Notes under the pieces: generated by a model
Told to the model about the DNA's origin: nothing
Database searches by the model: none
What the model saw: the letters and a program-made list of their open reading frames with translations, nothing else
Source of the DNA: Candidatus Eiseniibacteriota bacterium
GTDB lineage: Bacteria > Eisenbacteria > RBG-16-71-46
Direction of reading: 5' to 3'
Length of the DNA stretch: 64,000 bases
Assembly: GCA_963717505.1 (NCBI GenBank)
Contig: OY970342.1
Span: 155,674 to 219,673 of the forward strand
Translations under genes and position numbers: made by a program
Part shown: positions 1 through 9,613 of the stretch, one piece after another
Position numbering within the stretch: position 1 is the first letter of the stretch
Layout: every line of letters begins with the position of its first letter

Positions 1-15
1 GGACGAGGCTGGTTC

Positions 16-1377
16 CTAGTGAGCAACTGCCCTACCCGCGACGGTCCCCGACGACCAGGAGAACTGGAAGTTGAATCCCCCCAACCGGCCCTCGACGTCG
101 AGAATCTCCCCGCACAGGAACAACCCCGGCACGATCCGCGACTCGAGCGTCGACGGATTGACCTGGTCCAGCGCCACGCCTCCCGCGGTGACCTCCGCCT
201 TCTCGTAGCCCAGCGTCCCAGTCACCGGAAGTTCGCGACCGACCACGCGTGCGATTAGCGCTGCGCGCGATTCGCGTGACACCTGTGAAACGAGCGCGGA
301 GGCGTTTACGCTCGCCTCCGCGCACAGGGCGACGACCAATCGATCCGGCAGCCGCTCGCCCAGCCAGCGGCGCACGATCGCGCGCGGTCGCGTCTGCGCC
401 ACCGACACCCACTCGGCCGTCAAGGCTTCGACCGTGACGCCTGGCAGGAACGACGCGGTCACGCGCCGCGGCGCATCGTCCGTCAACGACGCCCGCAGCC
501 AATGTCGCGACAGATCCAGCGCCGCGGGGCCCGAGTAGCCGAAGTGAGCGAACAGAAACGATCCGCGCACGGTCTCGCCCTTGCGCCCTCCTACCCACAG
601 CGATAGCTCGATATCGAGCGTCAGTCCCTGAAGCAACGTGCACCACGGGTCGCTCGCGGCCAGCGGCGTCAACGCCGGAATGGTCGGGACGATCGTGTGT
701 CCCAGCGACTGCACGAGCGAATACCCAGCGCCGTCACTCCCGGTCCGCGGGAACGACAACCCGCCGGTCGCGAGCACGACGGCATCGGCCTCGAGCCACT
801 CTTCGGGCTCCGCATCGATCAAGGGCCACTCCGCACGTCCGACCGCGGCCACGGGAGCAAATGCCGTGCTGTCGGCCACGCGCTGGAGCCCCAAACGAAA
901 CCCGCGCTCGATCCGCACGACGCGCGCCCCTTGGCGCAACTCCACTCCCATCCGAGCAGCCTCGCCCAGCAAGGCATCCAGCACGGTCTGTGCGTCGTCG
1001 CTCACCGGGAAGTACTTCCCCGTATCTTCGAGCTTGAGCGCCACGCCCATCGACTCGAGCCACGCACGCGACTGCTCGGGGGTGAACGCACGCAGGACGC
1101 GTACCACGAATGGCCGCGAGCCGGCGTGGTAGTCGCGCTCGCCGACCTCGCGATGGGTCACGTTGCAGCGTGTGCCCCCCGACATCAGGATCTTCAGGCC
1201 GACTCTTGGGTGGGCGTTCAGGAGCACGACGCGCGCGCCACCCTCGGCGGCCCGAATGGCCGCGGTGAGCCCGGCGGCGCCGGCGCCGACCACGGCGACC
1301 GTCTTGCGAACAGATGTGGGTTTGATTGGCTCCGGTTCCGGTAGTTCGGTCCGTGTCACGAATGCCCGGCCACCCAA
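16..1377 (-). CDS. NAD(P)/FAD-dependent oxidoreductase, HI0933/YhiN-like flavoprotein family
   Basis: 453-aa ORF. Rossmann FAD motif KTVAVVGAGAAGLTAAIRAAEGGARVVLL near the N-terminus; GGTRCNVTH and C-terminal GEILDVEGRLGGFNFQ stretches are typical of HI0933-like proteins (recalled signature). Start uncertain: TTG 1377 or GTG 1359. Confidence 0.85.
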   Translation of the reverse strand: MGGRAFVTRTELPEPEPIKPTSVRKTVAVVGAGAAGLTAAIRAAEGGARVVLLNAHPRVGLKILMSGGTRCNVTHREVGERDYHAGSRPFVVRVLRAFTPEQSRAWLESMGVALKLEDTGKYFPVSDDAQTVLDALLGEAARMGVELRQGARVVRIERGFRLGLQRVADSTAFAPVAAVGRAEWPLIDAEPEEWLEADAVVLATGGLSFPRTGSDGAGYSLVQSLGHTIVPTIPALTPLAASDPWCTLLQGLTLDIELSLWVGGRKGETVRGSFLFAHFGYSGPAALDLSRHWLRASLTDDAPRRVTASFLPGVTVEALTAEWVSVAQTRPRAIVRRWLGERLPDRLVVALCAEASVNASALVSQVSRESRAALIARVVGRELPVTGTLGYEKAEVTAGGVALDQVNPSTLESRIVPGLFLCGEILDVEGRLGGFNFQFSWSSGTVAGRAVAH

Positions 1378-1569
1378 AGATTCAGGTGGCCGGGCCCGGT
1401 CTCCACGTCTTCGGAACCGAATCTACTCCAACAGGGCGAGCTTGTGGACGCCGAGCACTCTTCCGTCCACCTCGAACTGCACGAAGTAGACTCCGGCCGG
1501 CAACTTGGCCCGATCGGGCGAAGAGGTCTCGAGTCTTCATGGTCCGTTCCTTTCGTTGATCGCCGTGCG

Positions 1570-3546
1570 TCAGCGAACGCGAACGCCGGATTGTTTGAGG
1601 ACGCGATCCCCGACGCGGAGCTGGACGACGTAGAAGCCGGCTCCGAATTCGCGGCCGTTCGCGTCGCGGAAGTTCCAGGTCGCGTGGTGTTCGCCCGCCG
1701 GACGTCGCCCCTGGGCGAGCTGCGCCAGCTTCCGGCCGGCGAGATCGAAGACCGCGAGCGAAACGTCCTCGTCCTTGGCGAGCGTGAAGCGCAGGAGCAC
1801 CTCGTCGCGCGCGGGGTTGGGAGCGGGAGCCGCCAGGAAGAATCGTTCGGTGCGTGCCGGGTCTTCGGCGCCGACGTTCTGCGGACGAATCACCGCCAGG
1901 TAGTCCTCGGTTTCTCCGCCGCGGAAGAACAGGTCCCCAGTCGGCCCGGCCGAGCCGTCCCACGGGAAGTCGTCTGACACCGGGGTCGCGGTCAGCGTGA
2001 TCCGCACCCAGCCCTGGCCCACGTGCGGGCCCACGAGGAACGCGGGTGACGTGTGTTTCTCGCATCCGGGCGCCAGCGGGATGAGTCGGTTCTTGACCGC
2101 CCATTCGTAGGCGCATCCGGCCCCGGCGCAGGCGAAGTTGTCGTTCCAATCGCCGTCCGCGTTCATGTCGACCAGCACGTTGAGGAAGACTTCGCGGGGC
2201 AGGGTTTTGCAGTTGAAGGTCGAGAAGTCGACGGTGCCCGGGCGACAGGCGTTGAACGAGATCCAGGGCAGATCGACTCCGGCGTCGACGCCGTCGCCAT
2301 AGCACTCGTCCTGCCCCCAGACCAGGCCCGAAAGCTCGGTGCAGTCGACCAGCAGGTTCGTGCTGCACATGCTGGCGAGCGCTCCCGTGTCGTTGGTCTT
2401 GCCGTCGGTCTCGCTGTCTACGGCAAGCGTCCCGGCGGTCGAGCAGCCGAGCCAGAATCCGAACTCGTCGTTCGCGGAGGCCAGGTGCTTCACGAATCCG
2501 GTCGGCCCCGGCGGCGTGCTGAGCGCCGGTACGCACGCCAACTCCTGCGTTCCGGGAATACCCGGGCCACTGCACGTCGGAAAACGTCCGGGCACGCCGG
2601 GATACGCGCGCGCTTCCTCGGGGGCATCGCCCCAATCTTCATAGTCCAGGCACTCGCCGATCATCGACGGCAGGATGACCACCGGATAGTCCTCGGTCTC
2701 GCCATTGTGGAGGCTTTGGGTCGGCGTCCCGACCGAACCGTTCCACGGGAAGTCGTCCGGTGCCTGTTCGTCGCTGAGCGTAATGCGCATCCAGCCGTCG
2801 CCGGGGTTCGGTCCGACGCGGAAGGTCGGAACGAAGATCGTGTTGCACCCGGGCGCGAGCGTGACCAGGAAGTTCTTGACCGGCCACTCGAATGCACATC
2901 CGCTGGCGCAGTTGAAGTTGTCGTTCCAGTCGCCGTCCCGGTTCCAGTCCGCCAGGATGTTCAAGTACGCCGTGCGACTGACCGCGGCACAACTGAAGGC
3001 AGCGATCGTCCAGCCCACGTTGCCGGGGCCGCAGGCGGTGAGCGTGATCGGGGCCGCGAGCGCGGCGTCGCTGCTGCCATAGCCTTCGTCCTGGCCGAAG
3101 TTGAGGATCCCCGCGGTCTCGATGCAGTCGACGCCGACCGCGCCATTGCACGCGCTGATCGCTGAGCCGTTGTCGTTGACCTTGGCGTCGCTCTCGCCGT
3201 CGATCCCCATCGGGGGATTGCCCACCGGCGGACAACCGAGCCAGTAGCGGTCCGTGCCCGGATGCACGTGGCGAACGTAGCCAGTCGGCCCGGGGGCGGT
3301 ACTGATCGGCGGACAAACGAACGTCCGCGTGCCGAGCAGCGCGCTGGTCGCGATGCAGCTCGGGAACTGTCCGGTCACGCCGGGATAGGCAAGCACCCCT
3401 TCGGGAGCGTCGCCGAAATCCACCGGCGCGGCGGGTCGCGTGCAATCGTCAGGACCATCCACGTCGGTGGCACGCGCGGGGTGGGGCGAATACCCGGCGC
3501 AGACCAGGCACAAAGTCACCAGGAATCGAACAATCGTTGGCCTCAT
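1570..3546 (-). CDS. secreted protein with two GEVED-type repeats and a FlgD-Ig/T9SS-type C-terminal domain
   Basis: ATG with SD GGAGGTGA; signal peptide MRPTIVRFLVTLCLVCAG. Two ~270-aa internal repeats each begin D(F/W)GDAPE..AYPGV.G.FP(S/T)C and end GETEDYP (GEVED-like motif). The last ~85 aa (VSLAVFDLAGRKL...GFYVVQLRVG...VRVR) match the tail shared by 7 other ORFs here. Confidence 0.8.
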   Translation of the reverse strand: MRPTIVRFLVTLCLVCAGYSPHPARATDVDGPDDCTRPAAPVDFGDAPEGVLAYPGVTGQFPSCIATSALLGTRTFVCPPISTAPGPTGYVRHVHPGTDRYWLGCPPVGNPPMGIDGESDAKVNDNGSAISACNGAVGVDCIETAGILNFGQDEGYGSSDAALAAPITLTACGPGNVGWTIAAFSCAAVSRTAYLNILADWNRDGDWNDNFNCASGCAFEWPVKNFLVTLAPGCNTIFVPTFRVGPNPGDGWMRITLSDEQAPDDFPWNGSVGTPTQSLHNGETEDYPVVILPSMIGECLDYEDWGDAPEEARAYPGVPGRFPTCSGPGIPGTQELACVPALSTPPGPTGFVKHLASANDEFGFWLGCSTAGTLAVDSETDGKTNDTGALASMCSTNLLVDCTELSGLVWGQDECYGDGVDAGVDLPWISFNACRPGTVDFSTFNCKTLPREVFLNVLVDMNADGDWNDNFACAGAGCAYEWAVKNRLIPLAPGCEKHTSPAFLVGPHVGQGWVRITLTATPVSDDFPWDGSAGPTGDLFFRGGETEDYLAVIRPQNVGAEDPARTERFFLAAPAPNPARDEVLLRFTLAKDEDVSLAVFDLAGRKLAQLAQGRRPAGEHHATWNFRDANGREFGAGFYVVQLRVGDRVLKQSGVRVR

Positions 3547-3796
3547 GGCTCACCTCCAGCGCAGCCCACCGGGGGCAGACGTCGACTTGGACCTTCCAGG
3601 CCAAACTCTTCAACGCAATCCGGGCCTGGCGGCGGACATCCCCTGTCCAGCGCGTCCGCCATAGCCGTGCGCTTCCGTTCTTGAGGTGGAGCCCGGCGGG
3701 AAGCCGCCGGGCAGGGGGCATCGCGTGGGCATCGGCTGCCGCCGAGAGGCCTGCCATGCCATCATGCGAACCGCCCGGGGCGGCTCTGCCCGGGCC

Positions 3797-6700
3797 ATGG
3801 GGGCGTTCCGCGACGTGCAGGTCGATCGACTCAAGACGCTCTGGCCCGAGATCGATGCGCTGCTCGACCAGCTGCTCGAGCTGGACGAGCCCGAACGGTC
3901 GCGCCTGATCGACCGGGCGTTCGCCGACTCGCCCGAGAAACGTCGCGCGGTCGAAGCCCTGCTGCGCGCGGATCACGAGTCGGGCGGCTTGATCGAGACG
4001 CCGCTGCCCCTGCCCGATCTCGCGGGCGATGTAGCCCCGAGTGAGTCGTCGGATGTCGTCAATGCTCGAATCGGACCCTACGTCGTGCGCCGCGAGATCG
4101 CGCGCGGTGGCATGGGCACCGTCTTGCTTGCCGAGCGCGACGACGGTCAGTTCGCGCAGCAGGTGGCGATCAAGCTGATCCGTTCCGACGTGCTGACCCC
4201 GGGAGCGCGGGAGCGCTTCCTGCTCGAGCGTCGCATCCTGGCCGGGCTCCAGAACTCGCATGTCGCACGCCTGCTCGACGGCGGCGTGCGCGAAGACGGT
4301 TCGCCGTACCTGGTCATGGAGTACGTCGACGGCAAACCGATCACCACCTGGTGTGACGAACGGCGACTCGACCTCCGGGCGCGGGTCGAGCTGTTCCTTC
4401 AGGTTTGCGACGCGGTGGAGTTCGCGCACCGCCAGCTGGTCGTCCACCGCGATCTCAAGCCCGACAACATCCTGGTCACGGACAGCGGCGAAGCGAAGCT
4501 GCTCGACTTCGGAATCGCAAAGCTGCTCGAGGCGGGTGTCGAGGTCGCGATGACCGGCACGCAGGCCCGCGTCTTCACGCCCGCCTACGCGACTCCCGAG
4601 CAGTACCTGGGAGGCACGGTCACCGTAGCCTCCGACGAATACCAGTTGGCACTCGTGCTCTACGAGATGTTGACCGGCCGCCGCGCCCATGGGGACGCGG
4701 CGCATTCGCCGCTGCAGCACCAACGCGCGGTGCTCGAAACCGATCCTGAACGGCCGAGCCGCCGGGTCACTCGGGGTTCGGCCGCGACGCCCGCGGCGCC
4801 GTCCAAAGTCGATCCGCCCACGGACCACGCGCTGGCTGGTGCGCGCGCGACCACGGTCCCGGCCCTGGCCCGCTCCCTGGCCGGCGATCTCGACGCCATC
4901 GTGCTCAAGGCGCTCGAGCGCGAACCGGCGCACCGCTATCCGACGGTCGAGGCGTTTCGGCGCGACCTCGAGGCCTGGTTGGCCGATCGACCGGTATCGG
5001 CGCGGCGCGCGACGTCGGGCTATCGAGTGCGAAAGTTCGCGCGTCGCCATCGCGTGGCCCTGACCACCTCCGCCGTCGTCCTGGTCACGCTCGCGTCCGG
5101 CGTTGCCGGTGTCCTGATTCAGGCGCGGGCGGCGGCGCGCGATCGCGACCTGGCGCGCGAGTCGGAGCGAAAGGCAACCGCGATCAACGACTTCGTGTTA
5201 CGCGAGCTGCTGGAGTCGCCCACGCCCGAGCGAGCACTCGGCCGCTCGCTGAGCGTCGCCGAAGTGCTGGCCAACGCGACCCGCACCGTCGGCCACGCCT
5301 TCCCCGGCGAACCGGGTATCGAGGCGGCGGTGCGCCTGACACTGGCGCGCAGTTACCAAGCTCTTGGGCGACTCGATCCTTCCAGGGAGCAGGCCGAAGC
5401 CGCGCTCGAGCTGCTGTCGACTCGGTCGCCCGATGCGCACGAGCGCATGGACGCGCGCGCGTTACTTGCGGAATTGGCGCTCGACCAGGGCAAGGCCAAG
5501 GAGGCACAGGGCGACTTCGAGAAGCTGCTTGCCGACCAGGAGAAGGCACTCGGGCCCGGTGATCCGGCGACCATCCGCAGTCGCGGACAAGTGGGTCAGG
5601 CACTGGCCGCGCAAGGGCACTGGTCACGCGCCGACACGGCCCTCAGCGCCGCGCTGGCCGCGATGCCTGCGCCCGGCGACACGCCGTGGCAGCTCGCAGT
5701 GGATCTGCGGAGCTGGATTGCGGGCGTGTGGATCAGCCAGGGGCGAACCGCCGAGGCCGAGTCCCTGATTCAGGAGTGTCTTGCGATCGAGCGACGTCAC
5801 CTGGGTCCCGATCATCCGCAGGTCGCGGCCTCGCTCCGACTATTGGCGGTGGCGCTCGGACGGGATCTGCGCGCCGAGGAGGCCGGCCGCGCGCTCGCCG
5901 ACGTACTGAAGATGACCGTGCGTCTCTATGGCGAGGATCATCCTGCGACCGGCGACGCCTACGCGTCACTCGCGGTGAATTTCGATTCACGCCTGATGCG
6001 CGATTCCTCCCTGGCGGCGGCGATCGAGGCAGCCCGCATCTACCGGCAGGCACTCGGCGCCGACCACCCGAAGACGTTGCGCATGATGCGCAACCAGGCC
6101 ATCGACCTGCGCCGCGCGCGCCGTTTTCGCGAGGCCGATCAGGTCTACACCGAGGTGTATCGCAGCTGCGCCCGCACGTTGGGCCGCGACCATTGGCAGA
6201 CCATCGAAGCGCTCAAGGGGCTCTCCTACCTGCGTCTCGACGAAGGGCGCACCGAGGAGGGGCGCGACCTGGCGCGACAGGTGATCGCATCGTACGAGCG
6301 CATCGCGGCCGACCCCGACGCCGATCCGGCACGGCTCACCGAGTATGCGATCTATCTGGTCGAAGCCGAGCCGCCGGATGTCCGCGATCCGCAGCGCGCG
6401 GTGGCGGTCGCACGGCGCGCGGTGGATGCGACGCAGCACGGCGACTACCTGGCGCTCCGAGCACTGGGATTCGCCCAGGACGCCGCGGGCAATCCCGAGG
6501 CAGCGATCGCCAGCTTGCGCGAGGCCCTGTCGTTGCCCGACGGGGTGCGCTCCTGGACGACCGAGGACAAGCTGGTCGAGGTGCTGGCGAGGCACCGGAC
6601 GGCGGCCGAACTCGAGCGGGTGCTGCTCGGGCGTATCGAGGACCTACGCCGGCTGCGCGGCCCCGACGACCGCTACATCGCCAAGACCGAGCGACATCTC

Positions 6701-7045
6701 TCCCGCCTCTACCAGCGGCAGGGTCGCGACGACGACGCCGAGCGCATGGCCCGCGAGTCGCTGGGACAACTGCGCAAGACGCTGGCAGAAAACCACTGGG
6801 AAGTGGGCCGGGCCAAAGCGGATCTCGGCGCTCTGTTGGTCGCGCGACGCGCCTACGCCGAAGCGGAATCGCTTCTGGTGCAGGGATTCCGGATACTCGA
6901 TGCCGATCCGGACATTCTGTCTTCGGTCATCGAGAACGTTCGAAGCTCGCTGGTGCGCTTGTACGAGGGCGCGGGTCGCCCGGCCGAGGCGCGGGCCTGG
7001 CGGGCTCGGATCATTTCCGGACACCCCGCCACTCCACCCCTTTAG
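3797..7045 (+). CDS. Ser/Thr protein kinase with transmembrane helix and C-terminal TPR-repeat region
   Basis: ORF 3686..7045; ATG 3797 preferred (ATG 3764 possible). Hanks kinase motifs VAIKLI, HRDLKPDNILV, DFGIAK, TPAYATPEQ. One TM helix (ALTTSAVVLVTLASGVAGVLI), then ~600 aa of TPR-like repeats. Confidence 0.85.
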   Translation: MGAFRDVQVDRLKTLWPEIDALLDQLLELDEPERSRLIDRAFADSPEKRRAVEALLRADHESGGLIETPLPLPDLAGDVAPSESSDVVNARIGPYVVRREIARGGMGTVLLAERDDGQFAQQVAIKLIRSDVLTPGARERFLLERRILAGLQNSHVARLLDGGVREDGSPYLVMEYVDGKPITTWCDERRLDLRARVELFLQVCDAVEFAHRQLVVHRDLKPDNILVTDSGEAKLLDFGIAKLLEAGVEVAMTGTQARVFTPAYATPEQYLGGTVTVASDEYQLALVLYEMLTGRRAHGDAAHSPLQHQRAVLETDPERPSRRVTRGSAATPAAPSKVDPPTDHALAGARATTVPALARSLAGDLDAIVLKALEREPAHRYPTVEAFRRDLEAWLADRPVSARRATSGYRVRKFARRHRVALTTSAVVLVTLASGVAGVLIQARAAARDRDLARESERKATAINDFVLRELLESPTPERALGRSLSVAEVLANATRTVGHAFPGEPGIEAAVRLTLARSYQALGRLDPSREQAEAALELLSTRSPDAHERMDARALLAELALDQGKAKEAQGDFEKLLADQEKALGPGDPATIRSRGQVGQALAAQGHWSRADTALSAALAAMPAPGDTPWQLAVDLRSWIAGVWISQGRTAEAESLIQECLAIERRHLGPDHPQVAASLRLLAVALGRDLRAEEAGRALADVLKMTVRLYGEDHPATGDAYASLAVNFDSRLMRDSSLAAAIEAARIYRQALGADHPKTLRMMRNQAIDLRRARRFREADQVYTEVYRSCARTLGRDHWQTIEALKGLSYLRLDEGRTEEGRDLARQVIASYERIAADPDADPARLTEYAIYLVEAEPPDVRDPQRAVAVARRAVDATQHGDYLALRALGFAQDAAGNPEAAIASLREALSLPDGVRSWTTEDKLVEVLARHRTAAELERVLLGRIEDLRRLRGPDDRYIAKTERHLSRLYQRQGRDDDAERMARESLGQLRKTLAENHWEVGRAKADLGALLVARRAYAEAESLLVQGFRILDADPDILSSVIENVRSSLVRLYEGAGRPAEARAWRARIISGHPATPPL

Positions 7046-7078
7046 TCTCGAGCCGCCTCGGCCTAGCCTCCGCCGAGT

Positions 7079-7648
7079 TCATCGGTCGATCTCCCCCGCC
7101 AGTAGCTGGTGCAGCAGGGCGCGCGCCTTTCGCCAATCGCGCCTCACCGTGCGCTCGTCGCGTCCGATCGCCTCCGCCACTTCGGCCTCGGCGAGCCCGG
7201 CGAAGAAGCGCAACTCGACCACCAGCGACAGGCGCGGGTCGATCTCGGCGAGCTTGCCGAGCGCGTCGTCGATCGCCAGGACCTCGTCGGAGCGATCGCC
7301 GGGCGCCGGCAGTTGGCTGTCGAGGTCGACGCGGACTCGATCGCCGCCGCGCTTGAGACTCGCGCGCTTGCGGGCATGATCGACCGCGATCTGCCGCATC
7401 GCCCGCGCCGCCACGGCGAAGAAGTGCTGGCGATCCGCGAACGCGAGGCGGGACCGATCGAACAGCTTGAGATAGGCCTCGTGGACCAGGGCCGTCGTGC
7501 CCAGCGTCGGATCGGACCGGCCACGGGACAGCCGACGGCTCGCGAGGCCCCGAAGCTCCTGATACACCAGCGGCAATAGCTGGTCGATCGCGGACCGATC
7601 GCCGCCGCGGGCGCGCTGGAGCAGCTGTGTGACGTCGGAGCTGGTCAC
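7079..7648 (-). CDS. ECF-type RNA polymerase sigma factor (TIGR02999-like, kinase-associated group)
   Basis: 189 aa, GTG start. N-terminal TQLLQRARGGD..AIDQLLPLVYQELR; region 2 ALVHEAYLKL; region 4 HTH ELRFFAGLAEAEVAEAIGRDERTVRRDWRKAR. Convergent with the kinase gene, 33-nt gap. Confidence 0.85.
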   Translation of the reverse strand: MTSSDVTQLLQRARGGDRSAIDQLLPLVYQELRGLASRRLSRGRSDPTLGTTALVHEAYLKLFDRSRLAFADRQHFFAVAARAMRQIAVDHARKRASLKRGGDRVRVDLDSQLPAPGDRSDEVLAIDDALGKLAEIDPRLSLVVELRFFAGLAEAEVAEAIGRDERTVRRDWRKARALLHQLLAGEIDR

Positions 7649-7685
7649 GGAGCCTCGCGCGAGGTCGAGACGCGGAGTCCAACCG

Positions 7686-7704
7686 CCCAGGGCCGAGCCC
7701 TGGG
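7686..7704 (-). terminator. GC-rich hairpin downstream of the lipoprotein gene (possible terminator)
   Basis: CCCAGGGC-cga-GCCCTGGG, an 8-bp perfect stem ~40 nt past the stop at 7742. U-tract is weak. Confidence 0.35.
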
Positions 7705-7741
7705 TGCGTTCACATCGATCGCTCCCTCGAAGCGTCGATCC

Positions 7742-8245
7742 CTACTCGCCAGCCATCAGCGACTTGCCGACCGGCTCCCACAACGACGTGAGCGCGGCCA
7801 TCTGGTCGGGCTTCAAACCCTTGCTGGTCGCCGCACCCGTCAATGCCTGCCCCACACCGGCCACCGCGTCCGCGTTGAGATTCTTGCCCGAGAGTGCGGC
7901 CAGCAGGTCGGCACCGCTGCCGGTCGTGGCCTGACCGGCGGCCTTCGCGATCGAATTGTAGAGCCCGTCTTTGGCCGTCACGATGTCTGCAGCGCTCAGG
8001 GCTTGCGCGATCATCGGGTTCGCGCTCAGGTTGGTGCCGAACTGATCGGCGAGTGACGTGACGCCGGCCGAACCACCGAGTGACTGGTACAGCGATGCGG
8101 CGCCGGTCGCGGCGGCGGTGGCGCTGGCGGCCATCGACGAAGAAGACGAACCCGCCGTGCTGGTCTTGTTCGAGCTGGAGCAGCCTGCGAGCAGTGAAAC
8201 CGCCAGAACCAGAACCCCCAGCGGGCGAAGCGTGCGGGACTGCAT
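7742..8245 (-). CDS. lipoprotein with truncated-hemoglobin-like (group 1 TrHb-like) domain lacking histidine
   Basis: ATG with SD GGAGG; lipobox LLAGC; Ser-rich linker. SLYQSLGGSAGVTSLADQF...NPMI... aligns by eye to the TrHb N-terminal LYxxLGG...V..L.D.F signature. There is no His anywhere in the 167 aa. Confidence 0.55.
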   Translation of the reverse strand: MQSRTLRPLGVLVLAVSLLAGCSSSNKTSTAGSSSSSMAASATAAATGAASLYQSLGGSAGVTSLADQFGTNLSANPMIAQALSAADIVTAKDGLYNSIAKAAGQATTGSGADLLAALSGKNLNADAVAGVGQALTGAATSKGLKPDQMAALTSLWEPVGKSLMAGE

Positions 8246-8384
8246 GGCGAACCTCCGAGGTAAGGGAACTCGGCTCCCGCCTTCAGGAGCCAGGGGAGCC
8301 TACACCCGGCGGCCTTGCGCGCGGCAACGCGGGGCTTCATCCTGGTGTCCTCCCCGTTGAAATCAGGCCATCCGGAGGCCCCAA

Positions 8385-9539
8385 TTGCGCTCGCTCGTCG
8401 TTGTTGTCTGCTCGCTCGCGTCCCTGATGCCGGCCACCAGCGGCGCTCAGGAACCCAGCGCATTCGTCGTCCGTCTGGGCGGCGACACCCTTTCCCTGGA
8501 ACAGTTCACCCGCACACCAGCCCAGGTCCGAGGTGAATACGTCTTCCGCACGCCACGCAGCCTCTACCGCACCTACTTCATGGACTTGAACGCCGACGGC
8601 ACCGTGCGCCGCTTCGAGCTGGTCACCCGCACGCTCGGCGTCGAGCCTGCCCCGCCTGTGTCCCGCGCCACCATCGAGTTCAAGGGCGACAGTGCGATCA
8701 TGGTCACGCCACGCGGCGACAGCAGCGTGACGCGCACCATCGCTGCAGCCAAGGGCGCCGTGCCTTCGCTCAATGGCGTCATGGGGATCATGGATCAGAT
8801 CGCGCGGCAGTATCGGGCAGCGGGTCGCGACACGCTGAAGCTCGACCTGGTCGCTCCGGGGGCGTCGCAGGTGCTCAAGGGCACCGTGACCCGGAGGAGC
8901 GCTGACAAGCTGCATCTGGACGTCGAGACCTCGGTCGGCAAGATCCCGCCGTTCGTTCTCACCCTCGATCCGCAGGGAGGGCTCAAAGAATTCAGTGGCA
9001 AAGGCAGTGTGTTCCAGGCCGAAGGCGAGCGTATCAAGAACGTGAACCTAGTGGCGGCCACGGCGTTGTTCGAGTACCGGCCGCTCGGCGCGCTCTCGAC
9101 GCGCGACACGGCGCGCGTGGCGTTCGGCGACTCGGCACTCTGGGTCGACTACGGGCGCCCGCAGAAGCGCGGCCGTGACATCTTTGGCGGCGTGGTGGCG
9201 TGGAACGAGGTGTGGCGCACCGGGGCCAATGCCGCGACTCAGTTCCACACCTCGGTCGAAATCGTGGTCGGCGAAGCCACGGTCCCGGCGGGCACCTATT
9301 CGCTGTGGACCGTGCCGTCCCCTACCGGTTGGAAGCTGATCATCAACCGTCAGTTCGGCCAGTGGGGCACGCAGTACGACGCGTCCCGCGACCTGGCTCG
9401 CGTCGATATGAAGGCCGAGACGCTCGCAACCCCGGTCGAGATGCTCACGATCGAGCTGGCGCCCGAGGGCGACGGGGTGACCCTCAAGATTTCGTGGGAC
9501 AAGACACGCGTGTCGGTGCCGCTTCGTAAGAAGGCATAG
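8385..9539 (+). CDS. DUF2911 domain-containing secreted protein
   Basis: TTG start 7 nt after GGAGG; signal peptide. The C-terminal half (VWRTGANAATQFHTSVEIVVGEATVPAGTYSLWTVPSPTGWKLIINRQ..WGTQYD...DLARV) matches the DUF2911 pattern as I recall it. Confidence 0.8.
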   Translation: MRSLVVVVCSLASLMPATSGAQEPSAFVVRLGGDTLSLEQFTRTPAQVRGEYVFRTPRSLYRTYFMDLNADGTVRRFELVTRTLGVEPAPPVSRATIEFKGDSAIMVTPRGDSSVTRTIAAAKGAVPSLNGVMGIMDQIARQYRAAGRDTLKLDLVAPGASQVLKGTVTRRSADKLHLDVETSVGKIPPFVLTLDPQGGLKEFSGKGSVFQAEGERIKNVNLVAATALFEYRPLGALSTRDTARVAFGDSALWVDYGRPQKRGRDIFGGVVAWNEVWRTGANAATQFHTSVEIVVGEATVPAGTYSLWTVPSPTGWKLIINRQFGQWGTQYDASRDLARVDMKAETLATPVEMLTIELAPEGDGVTLKISWDKTRVSVPLRKKA

Positions 9540-9613
9540 TGAGCGCCCTCCCCCGACCCGGCCCATCGGGCCGGACGAGGGAGGGCGTGGTGTCTGCTCA
9601 GGCGCCGCGTCGG

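Noticed and set aside
1382-2635. 417-aa ORF, and similar long alternate-frame ORFs (3449..5050, 5686..7356, 15982..17382, 20644..21912, 25477..26580, 33340..34620, 44351..45433, 56383..57807, 56529..57896, 58730..59953)
   Set aside because: All overlap well-supported genes in other frames or strands. Their translations are dominated by R/P/G/A, as expected from GC-rich non-coding frames.
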